Position numbers and translations under genes: made by a program. Positions 1-7,185 of a stretch of 12,440 bases of DNA are shown one piece after another. The stretch lies in contig JAVJQW010000013.1 of the NCBI GenBank assembly GCA_040218735.1, forward strand, positions 1 through 12,440, written 5' to 3'. This DNA is from Deltaproteobacteria bacterium. GTDB taxonomy: Bacteria; Myxococcota; Kuafuiibacteriia; Kuafuiibacteriales; Kuafuiibacteriaceae. The stretch's first letter is position 1. Each line of letters begins with the position of its first letter. The notes under the pieces are model-generated. The model saw nothing but the letters and a program-made list of their open reading frames with translations, was not told the DNA's origin and searched no databases.

Positions 1-15
1 ACTCAACGATTCCAT
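1..15 (-). CDS. 5' end of a downstream gene (MESLS...), truncated by the window edge
   Basis: On the - strand, the TGA of the lipoprotein gene (29..27) is followed by AGGGG (26..22), a 6-nt spacer, then ATG GAA TCG TTG AGT running off the window. Only 5 codons are visible. Confidence 0.5.
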
Positions 16-26
16 CTGATTCCCCT

Positions 27-2792
27 TCACTGCTGCAGCACGTAGCGCTGCATCGCCGCGCAGCTGTCGTCTCGACGCAGCGGCACGGCCAAGAACGACC
101 ACCCCAGCGCCGGCGTCACATCGACGCCGACCGGAGGGCCGTAGATTTCGATTTCGCTGACGGAGGCGCGCGTCTCGAACGGACGCTCGCGATAGCGCGC
201 GCTCACGCCGGTCCCACGAGACGCGTACGCAAGCTCACGGCCGACGTGGTGCTCAGGCCCGGGCCAGCGGTAGCGACCTTCCGTCGACACGGAAGCAACC
301 CAGCCCGCCGGCGCCGGCGGATAGGTGGTGCGCCAGTCGTACACCGCGCCGCCGATCGACAGGCGCGGCGCATCAAGCCGCGCGATCAACGTCGCCGCTT
401 CGTCTCCGACGAGGCGCTCGTCGCGCGCGGCCACGGACCGCACGCCGGTGTTGCGCTGCACTTCGAGGACCGACGGATGCAGGCTCGGGTCGCTGAGCGG
501 CCCGCGAACGTCGGCGCTCCAGAAGACGCGCTCGTTCGGAAAGACGAGGCCGGGGCCGATCGCACAGACTGGTGCCAGCGGCGTGACCCACGCTTCGGCG
601 ACTTCGTAGCCGCGGTTGTTCAGGACGTCGATTCCGCAGGGCATGGACCAGATCGCCGTCGTCTGCGGGGCCGACCAAGGCCCCACGAACGTCTGCTCGC
701 TCAACGCCGTGACACGACTTCCCAACGTCGGCGCCGTGAGGCGCGCGATCACCGAAGGCGTGCTCGCTACGTCGAGCGCTGTGTCCGAAGGCAGCTCGAG
801 GTGATAGGCGAGCTGACCTTCGAAGGCTGATGCCGTGGAGTTCTCGGTGAAGAGCTCACCGAGATTCGCCCAGCCGATGCGCCCGGACGGATTGCAGTCC
901 GTGTACCAAACCGGCGGCGATCGAATGTCGACCTCGAAGGTGAACGTCCGCGTGCGTGTGACACCTGCGGCGTCACGCGCGTGCACCTCGACGGCGTGAA
1001 GCGCCCCCGGTCGTGCGATCAGCTCGGGCCCAAGCGTCGCGTAGGCGACGGGGATGGCGGCGCGCCCGTCAGCCTCGATTTCGATTGCGCGGGGCGCCCC
1101 GCGCTCCAGTCCATTGACGACGTAGCGGTAGGTCGCGCCGACCACGTCCGCCGAGAAGGCGAGCTCGAAGACCGGGAGGTTGTCGCTCGCGAGGTCGAGG
1201 CGGTTCAGGAACTTTTCGAACCGGAACGGTTGCGGCGCCGTCTCGTCGATCACGAGCTCGCGACCCCCGCCGGCCGGCGCCGTGTACTTCAGGGCACCGC
1301 TCGGCTCGAGGTCCACCGCCCAGTCGCCCTCCTGGACGAAGCGCGTGGCCTGCAACGTGATCTGCGGTCCCGTCGCCGTGCACAGCACGTTGTGCTCCGA
1401 GGCCTCGGACCGGTTTCCGGCCGCGTCCTCCGCCCATACAAAGAGAGACGCCACGCGGCCGCACGGCAGCGGCGCGATCGCCTCGAACGTCGCGCCCGCG
1501 TCCTGCAGCTGCGCAGCCGGCGCACCGTCGACATGGATCACGACGTCGACCCGGCGGGCGTCCTCGACCTCGCCGAGGATCGCGACCGTCGCCGTAGGCA
1601 CCGAGTTCGGCACCGCGGCGCTCAGGCGCGGCGCGGTGTTGTCGACCACGAAGTCGAAGGTCCGCGCCGTCCTTCGGCCCGCGCGATCCACAGCGGTGAT
1701 CACGACCCGCCGCGCGCCGTCCTGCAGCGTCCCCGTGTCGACCTCGAAGCGTCCGGTGCCTCCGGGCGTCCGTTGGCGGCCCGCGCCCGCCTCGACGAGA
1801 ACCTCGACGACGTCGCCGACGTCGTCCGCCGCCTCGACCTGCAGCTCGAGCACGCCGGCGACGTCGGTGCCCGCGACGACGAGGCGCCCGCGGCGATCGC
1901 GCAGCTCCGCCCGCACGAAGCGCGGGGGCTCAGCGTCGACCGGCATCGCGGTGCCCGCTGGGAACAAGGGTCCATCGTTGGTCCTGATGGCTTGGGCGAG
2001 CGCACCGACCTCGGCGCCGCGCACGCCGCTGAGGTTGTTGGGGCCTTCGGCGAAACGGATCAGCGCCGCCGCGAGGCCGGCGCGAAGCGTTTGATCGTCG
2101 AGCGCGATCCCCGCGAAGCGGACCTGCACACCGCTCGCGTCGAGGCCATCGAACAGGCCGTCGCTCAGATCGATCGACAGCTGCCGAAGGAGCGCGCCGC
2201 TCGACACCTCGGGACCGAGGTCGAGTCCCGCCTGTTGGCGCAGGCCTTCGCCGAGCTCGACGAGCGCGGCAGCGACGAGGCCGGCGATCACGCCGTCCGA
2301 GGCGGGGACGCCTGCGACAGCGCGCACGTCGATCGGTGCGACCCGATCGTGCGCTACGCCGCCAAGCCAGTCGTGGACGGCCGCTCGCGCCGCCTGCAGC
2401 GCTTCGGCAGGATCGTCGCCCTGCCCTACCCGTGTACCCGCATAGATCCTCGCCAGGTGCGTCGCCGCGGTGACGCGGACCTGCGAGCGCGGCGCGCCCA
2501 ACCTGACGTCGTCGACGATCGCGCTCAGCGCGCCGGCCTCGACGAGGAGGGTCCCGTTCGCGATCTCGGCATCGAGCACGAACGCGCCGTCGTCATCGGT
2601 GAAGCCGGAGGCGAGGCGCGCGCCCCGCACGCCTTCCGCGAAGTCGTACAGCGCGATCGCTTCACCGACGGCCGCGCCGTCGAAGAACACCGACCCGATG
2701 ATCGGCGTCGTCACCCTGCCCTCGGGCGCGGACGACGGCTCGGCGCACGCCAAGGCGAGGACGCCCCATACCATCCATGTACGCCGGCTCAT
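27..2792 (-). CDS. Large lipoprotein (~921 aa) with bacterial Ig-like repeats; putative surface/adhesin-type protein
   Basis: The start was reassigned from 2858 to ATG 2792 because a strong SD (GGGAGAGG) lies just upstream and the N-terminus MSRRTWMVWGVLALA-C is a type II signal peptide with a lipobox. Repeated Ig-like boundary motifs: VDAEPP, VDNTAP, AVDRAGRR, AEDAAGNRS, ARDAAGV. There is an acidic DLSDGLFDG loop and a Cys/Trp-rich C-terminal region. Confidence 0.8.
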   Translation of the reverse strand: MSRRTWMVWGVLALACAEPSSAPEGRVTTPIIGSVFFDGAAVGEAIALYDFAEGVRGARLASGFTDDDGAFVLDAEIANGTLLVEAGALSAIVDDVRLGAPRSQVRVTAATHLARIYAGTRVGQGDDPAEALQAARAAVHDWLGGVAHDRVAPIDVRAVAGVPASDGVIAGLVAAALVELGEGLRQQAGLDLGPEVSSGALLRQLSIDLSDGLFDGLDASGVQVRFAGIALDDQTLRAGLAAALIRFAEGPNNLSGVRGAEVGALAQAIRTNDGPLFPAGTAMPVDAEPPRFVRAELRDRRGRLVVAGTDVAGVLELQVEAADDVGDVVEVLVEAGAGRQRTPGGTGRFEVDTGTLQDGARRVVITAVDRAGRRTARTFDFVVDNTAPRLSAAVPNSVPTATVAILGEVEDARRVDVVIHVDGAPAAQLQDAGATFEAIAPLPCGRVASLFVWAEDAAGNRSEASEHNVLCTATGPQITLQATRFVQEGDWAVDLEPSGALKYTAPAGGGRELVIDETAPQPFRFEKFLNRLDLASDNLPVFELAFSADVVGATYRYVVNGLERGAPRAIEIEADGRAAIPVAYATLGPELIARPGALHAVEVHARDAAGVTRTRTFTFEVDIRSPPVWYTDCNPSGRIGWANLGELFTENSTASAFEGQLAYHLELPSDTALDVASTPSVIARLTAPTLGSRVTALSEQTFVGPWSAPQTTAIWSMPCGIDVLNNRGYEVAEAWVTPLAPVCAIGPGLVFPNERVFWSADVRGPLSDPSLHPSVLEVQRNTGVRSVAARDERLVGDEAATLIARLDAPRLSIGGAVYDWRTTYPPAPAGWVASVSTEGRYRWPGPEHHVGRELAYASRGTGVSARYRERPFETRASVSEIEIYGPPVGVDVTPALGWSFLAVPLRRDDSCAAMQRYVLQQ

Positions 2793-2798
2793 GGCGCA

Positions 2799-2806
2799 CC
2801 TCTCCC
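2799..2806 (-). promoter_or_regulatory. Shine-Dalgarno site of the lipoprotein gene
   Basis: The - strand reads GGGAGAGG, 6 nt before ATG 2792. Confidence 0.7.
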
Positions 2807-2938
2807 TTTCCGCGTCCGCTCGGGACGCACCTGTCCCCGTGCGCGCCGACGACGGCACGCGGGGGTCCGTGATCAGCGCCGCGCGACCTTCACGATCGCG
2901 GCGGCGCGAGGCGGTGACGTCGCGCCTCTACGCGCGCG

Positions 2939-3997
2939 TCACCAACGCACCGTCGGCCCTCCGCCGAACGTGAAGATCGTGAGCCCTTCTGCGAGCGCGC
3001 CACGCCCCAGCGTGGTGCGCGCCTGCAATGTGGCTGCGAGGCCGACCTGCTCGCCGAGGCGGCCCTCGAACACCCAGACATCGACCCCGACCGCTCCGAT
3101 GACCGTCGGAATGGAGGTGCTGTCCGCGGATCGATCCGTCCGCAGCGGGACACCTTCGCCCTGCCCGCCCGCGATCAACAGCCCCAGCCCCGCTTCGCCC
3201 CTGAGTTCGATGCGAGGCGACTCCGAGCCGCTCTCCTCGTAGTAGGCCCATGAGCGCTCCCACAGCGCGTAGCGAAGCGCCGCGCGCGCCGACAGCTCGA
3301 CGAGGAGGATCGTGCCGTTCGCCTCGTGCTCGTAGGCAACCGGCAGCACCTCGAGCCCCGCGGTGGGACCGACGCGAAGCGCGCCGTCGCCGAAGCGGTA
3401 ACCCACCGCGGCTCGGAAGCTACTCTGCAACCCCGACACATCACCGTTTCGAATCGCGGCGCCAGCGGCTTCGACCCGGGCTCGCCACCGATACCTCTGC
3501 ACTTCGAACGGCGGCTCGGTGATCAAGGCATCGGCCGGTGGATCCACGCGCGCCTCGCCGGGTGCGGCCCCGTCGCGCTTGGGATCCACGCCCGGCCCCC
3601 GCGGGGGGCCGTCGGGCTCCGGCTCGATCCCGCGCGGGGGCGCCGCCGCGGTCGCGCGCTGCGCGGCGCAGGTCTCTTTGGACTTGGCGATGAGCGTCGG
3701 CGTCCGCGAGTCCATGCGGCAGTCGCCGGTGCAGGCGGCGCGGTAGCGCTCGTAGAACTCGACCGCCTGATCGCAGCGATCACTCTTGCGGTAGGCCTGC
3801 GCGATCCCGAACAGCAGCGCGGGATCACCGTTCTTGCGGTACGCCTTCGACAACAGATCCACGGCCTCGTCGTAGGCTTCGAGCGTGAAGGCACGGCGGC
3901 CGCGGCGCGCGAGCTCCTCGGCGGACGCATCCGGGTCCGTCGACGGCGCGGCTTGCGCGGTGAGCAGCGCGACCAGGGTGAGGTTCATCCAAGACAT
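2939..3997 (-). CDS. Secreted TPR-domain protein with Pro-rich linker and C-terminal outer-membrane beta-barrel (~352 aa)
   Basis: The start was reassigned to ATG 3997 (GAGGAG SD at 4012..4007). Signal peptide MSWMNLTLVALLTAQA-. TPR helices AEELARRGRRAFTLEAYDEAVDLLSKAY...PALLFGIAQAYRKSDRCDQAVEFYERY. A Pro-rich linker follows, then amphipathic beta-strands (FRAAVGYRF, LSARAALRYAL, GAVGVDVWVF), ending in the aromatic residue of GGGPTVRW. Confidence 0.8.
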   Translation of the reverse strand: MSWMNLTLVALLTAQAAPSTDPDASAEELARRGRRAFTLEAYDEAVDLLSKAYRKNGDPALLFGIAQAYRKSDRCDQAVEFYERYRAACTGDCRMDSRTPTLIAKSKETCAAQRATAAAPPRGIEPEPDGPPRGPGVDPKRDGAAPGEARVDPPADALITEPPFEVQRYRWRARVEAAGAAIRNGDVSGLQSSFRAAVGYRFGDGALRVGPTAGLEVLPVAYEHEANGTILLVELSARAALRYALWERSWAYYEESGSESPRIELRGEAGLGLLIAGGQGEGVPLRTDRSADSTSIPTVIGAVGVDVWVFEGRLGEQVGLAATLQARTTLGRGALAEGLTIFTFGGGPTVRW

Positions 3998-4016
3998 TCG
4001 ACTTCGCTCCTCATCT

Positions 4017-5519
4017 TCAACGACCGGGGTCGTAGCCCTCCGGGAACAGGGCGTCTGGATCCAACGCAGGGCGCTCGCCGGCGTCCGGCTTGGGCGGCAG
4101 CTCGTAACCTTCGGGGAACAGGCGATCGAGCGGCGTCGCTCCGCCATCGCGTGGCGGCGCCGTCGCAGGTGACTTCTTCGTCGTGGGACGCGCCGGCGCA
4201 GCGCGGACCGGGCGAGCGTTCACGCGGCGCACGACCTGGCCGCCGTCCCGAGACGGCCGCGGCGCCGACACTACGGCCGCGCCCTCGTCGCCGGCGTCGC
4301 GGAGCGATGCGGCGACCGACTTCGCAGGCCCCGCGTGATGCATTGCGCCTCCGTCCCGCGCCATCGCCGCGCTGGGCAACGTCCCGCCCGCCTCTGATGC
4401 CTCGCCCTGCCCCATGCGCCGCGCCACGAGCATGCCCGTCAGCACGACCACCACCACCGCGAGGGCGTACGTCGCCCACTTCAACAGGTGCGGCTCGCTC
4501 GCTTCCCCGCTCGCCCACCCGAACGACTGGGTCGTCGAGCGCATCGCCGCGGCGCCGCGGTCGTCGCGGGTCGGTGTGTCCGCAAACTCGATGCGCCGGG
4601 TCGCGTCCTGCGTGCGCAGCCAGACCTTGAGGCGCTCATCGTCCACACCATCCAAGAGCCGGCTCGCCTGCAGCGCGCGGACCGCGTCCACGGCCGTCGG
4701 CCGTCGGGCGACGTCGCGCTCGAGCATCCGCAGGCACGCCGTCGCCAGCGCGGCCGGGATGCCTTCGCGGAGCTCGCGCGGGTCGCGGACCTCGCCGTCC
4801 AAGATCTGCCGCCCAATGCGCCGATCGCTCAGGCGCTGGCCGTCTTCGTCGTACCCGAAAAGGGCCCGGCCCGTGAGCATCTCGTGCAGCACCACGCCCA
4901 CGCCGAAGACGTCCGAGCGTCCGTCGACGGGCTGAAACTGCAGCCGCTCCGGGCTCGCGTACGTAAGCTTGCCGACGAAGACGTTGCTCCGCGTCGTATC
5001 GAGGCGCTCGTAGACACGCGCGACGCCGAAGTCCGCGATGCGCACGGCACCTTCGCTGTCGACGAGGATGTTGTCGGGCGAGATGTCGCGATGGACGACC
5101 GGCGTGGGCTCGCCCGCTTCGTTCGTCCAGGCGTGCGCGTACGCGAGGCCCCGGAGCACCTCCGCCGCGATGTAGCCGGCGAGCTCGGGCGGAAGCGCCC
5201 CGCGCTTCTTCAAGACGGCTTTCACGTCGGGCCCGCCCTCGAACGCGCCGCGCACCAGCTCGAAGACCAGGAAGCGCCCCCCCTCGCTCTCGCCGGAGTC
5301 GAGCAGGCGCACGATGTTCTTGTGGGCCAACTGCGCGCACAGGCGCGCCTCGTTCACGAACGCCAGCGCGTACGCTTCGCGGAGGTCCTCACGCGGCGGC
5401 GCCTTCATGAACTTGAGCGCGACTTCCCGGTCCCAGATGTCCTTGATCTGACGCGCGCGGTAGACGACGCCCATGCCGCCGCCGCCGAGGCGATCGAGCT
5501 TTTCGTAGCGCGCATTCAT
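4017..5519 (-). CDS. Hanks-type membrane Ser/Thr protein kinase (500 aa)
   Basis: The catalytic motifs are intact: LGGGGMGVVY, VALK, alphaC Glu (FVNEARL), HRDISPDNIL, DFG, GKLTYASPE, DGRSDVFGVG. One TM helix (WATYALAVVVVVLTGMLVA) is followed by an Ala/Pro/Arg-rich tail. SD GAGGG at 5531..5527. Confidence 0.95.
   Translation of the reverse strand: MNARYEKLDRLGGGGMGVVYRARQIKDIWDREVALKFMKAPPREDLREAYALAFVNEARLCAQLAHKNIVRLLDSGESEGGRFLVFELVRGAFEGGPDVKAVLKKRGALPPELAGYIAAEVLRGLAYAHAWTNEAGEPTPVVHRDISPDNILVDSEGAVRIADFGVARVYERLDTTRSNVFVGKLTYASPERLQFQPVDGRSDVFGVGVVLHEMLTGRALFGYDEDGQRLSDRRIGRQILDGEVRDPRELREGIPAALATACLRMLERDVARRPTAVDAVRALQASRLLDGVDDERLKVWLRTQDATRRIEFADTPTRDDRGAAAMRSTTQSFGWASGEASEPHLLKWATYALAVVVVVLTGMLVARRMGQGEASEAGGTLPSAAMARDGGAMHHAGPAKSVAASLRDAGDEGAAVVSAPRPSRDGGQVVRRVNARPVRAAPARPTTKKSPATAPPRDGGATPLDRLFPEGYELPPKPDAGERPALDPDALFPEGYDPGR
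4029..4121 (-). repeat. Two-copy peptide repeat LFPEGY[E/D] at the kinase C-terminus
   Basis: 4121..4101 reads CTG TTC CCC GAA GGT TAC GAG and 4049..4029 reads CTG TTC CCG GAG GGC TAC GAC. The period is 72 nt. Confidence 0.85.
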
Positions 5520-5541
5520 CGCACGTCCCTCGATCCGAACC

Positions 5542-5550
5542 TGCTATCGT
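5542..5550 (+). promoter_or_regulatory. Putative extended -10 element (TG-n-TATCGT) for a leaderless activator transcript
   Basis: TGCTATCGT matches TGnTAnnnT and ends 7 nt before ATG 5558. No SD precedes this ATG. Confidence 0.5.
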
Positions 5551-5557
5551 TTCGCGC

Positions 5558-7180
5558 ATGAGGGTGCGCGTCACGATCGACGGTCGCGACTACGACGAAG
5601 CGATCTTGCCCCGCCATCGCGGCGTTCGCTGCGGCTCGACGACCCACGCCGACGTGCGTGTGCCTCATCCCGACGGCCAAGCGCAAACCGTCTTCCTGCT
5701 CCACCCCGCGACGTCCACGGCCTTCACGCTGGAGCCGCTGGTTCCGCTGCTCCTCAACGGCGAGGCGCCGACCGAGCCGGCGTTCGTCGAGGCGAACGAC
5801 GAGATCATGGTCGGTGGCGCGCGCGTGCGCTTTTCGGATTCGTCGGAGCGCGGCGCGACGATGACCGAACTCGATGCGCCGCCGGCGGCGCGCGCGCTCG
5901 AGCTGTCGTTGCCCGACGGGCGCACCGTTCGCCTCGAACCCGAGCAGCACACCAAGGCCACGCCGTTGGTCATCGGCCGTCGCCCCGCGGCGAGCCACGA
6001 CCACGTCTGCGTGCTTCGCAACGATCCTGTCGTGTCGCGCGAGCACTGCCACGTCTTCGCCGACGGCCCCTACTGGGTCGTCGCTTCGTTCGCGAAGCAC
6101 GGCACCATCGCGCACGACCTGCTCATCCCGCACGGGCAGCACCTCGCGCTCACGCGCACGAGCCTTCGCCGACCCGTGATCCTTCACTGCGGTAAGACGC
6201 CGCTGCAGCTGCGCCTCGTGCCCGACCCTTGGGAGTTCATGCCGGCAAGCGCCGCGATGAAGGCGATCTACGACCGCATCGACACGGAGCTCGCGTACCA
6301 CAAGGACACCGTCCTCATCCTCGGCGAGACGGGCGTCGGCAAGACCATCCTCGCGCGACGGATCCACGATCATTCCGTGGGTCGCGACACGGCGGCGGAC
6401 AAGTTCGTGAAGTCCGAGCATTCCGAGGTCGGCGTCGAGGCGGACCTCGTCGGCGTCAAGAAGGGCGGCTACACCGGCGCGGACGGCGATCGCGACGGCG
6501 TGTTCGTGCGCGCCGATGGCGGCACAGCGTTCCTCGACGAGATCGGCGACTACAACAAGACCGCGCAACTTCGCTTGCTCCGCGCCTGCGACGAGGGCGT
6601 AGTCACGCCGATCGGCGCGACCCAAGACGTCGCGTTCGACGCGCGCATCGTCGCGGCGACTTGGCGCGACCTCAAACAAGAGGTCGCCGAGGGGCGCTTT
6701 CGTACCGACTTGTTGGCGCGCCTGCTCCAGGTCCCGCCGATTCGCATCCCCGCTCTTCGCGACCGACCCGAAGACATCGCGCCCTACGCGAAGAGCTTCC
6801 TTTCGAAGCACGACCCTGACCTCGCGCTGACGTCGGACGCACTGTCGGTGCTTCACACGCACCCTTGGCGCACCAACCTGCGCGAGCTCAACGCCGTCTT
6901 GAAGGCGAGCACCCGCCGCGCCCTCGCCCGCGGCGCACGCGACATCGACGTGGGCGACGTGCAGGCTGCATTGCATCAGCTCGGCGACGTCGAGGCGGCG
7001 CCCCCGGCACCCGCTACGCGCCATCATCGGCGCGTGCCCCGGGCGCAGATCGAAGCCGCGCTCCGCAGCACCGGCGGCAACGTCCGGCGCGCCGCGATGG
7101 AGGTCCTCGCCGTGCCCGACACCACGCTGCGACGCTGGCTGCACAAGCTCGAGATCGATCCCGCGCGCTTTGTCGACTGA
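5558..7180 (+). CDS. FHA-domain sigma54-dependent-type transcriptional activator (FHA-like + FHA + AAA+ + Fis HTH; 540 aa)
   Basis: FHA core LVIGRR...VSREHC. Walker A GETGVGKT (6323-6346). GAFTGA-like GGYTGA (6464-6481). Walker B AFLDEIGD, then QLRLLR, RIVAAT, GRFRTDLLARL, IPALRDRPEDI, WRTNLREL. C-terminal Fis-type HTH IEAALRSTGGNVRRAAMEVLAVPDTTLRRWL. Confidence 0.92.
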   Translation: MRVRVTIDGRDYDEAILPRHRGVRCGSTTHADVRVPHPDGQAQTVFLLHPATSTAFTLEPLVPLLLNGEAPTEPAFVEANDEIMVGGARVRFSDSSERGATMTELDAPPAARALELSLPDGRTVRLEPEQHTKATPLVIGRRPAASHDHVCVLRNDPVVSREHCHVFADGPYWVVASFAKHGTIAHDLLIPHGQHLALTRTSLRRPVILHCGKTPLQLRLVPDPWEFMPASAAMKAIYDRIDTELAYHKDTVLILGETGVGKTILARRIHDHSVGRDTAADKFVKSEHSEVGVEADLVGVKKGGYTGADGDRDGVFVRADGGTAFLDEIGDYNKTAQLRLLRACDEGVVTPIGATQDVAFDARIVAATWRDLKQEVAEGRFRTDLLARLLQVPPIRIPALRDRPEDIAPYAKSFLSKHDPDLALTSDALSVLHTHPWRTNLRELNAVLKASTRRALARGARDIDVGDVQAALHQLGDVEAAPPAPATRHHRRVPRAQIEAALRSTGGNVRRAAMEVLAVPDTTLRRWLHKLEIDPARFVD

Positions 7181-7185
7181 CACCC

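Noticed and set aside
2854-2870. Possible sigma54 -24/-12 element on the - strand (CGGACCCCCGCGTGCC) upstream of the lipoprotein gene
   Set aside because: It has GG-N10-GC spacing only and matches TGGCACG-N4-TTGC poorly. This is expected by chance at this GC content.
981-3242. 753-aa + strand ORF (and other long + ORFs at 3326-4630, 4488-5561, 8732-10144, 10078-11802)
   Set aside because: These are antisense shadows of well-supported - strand genes. They are Arg/Ala-rich, have no motifs, and are expected in high-GC DNA where stop codons are rare.
6865-6882. TTGGCGCACCAACCTGC sigma54-like motif
   Set aside because: The GG-to-GC spacing is 11 rather than 10, and it lies within the codons of the conserved WRTNL motif.
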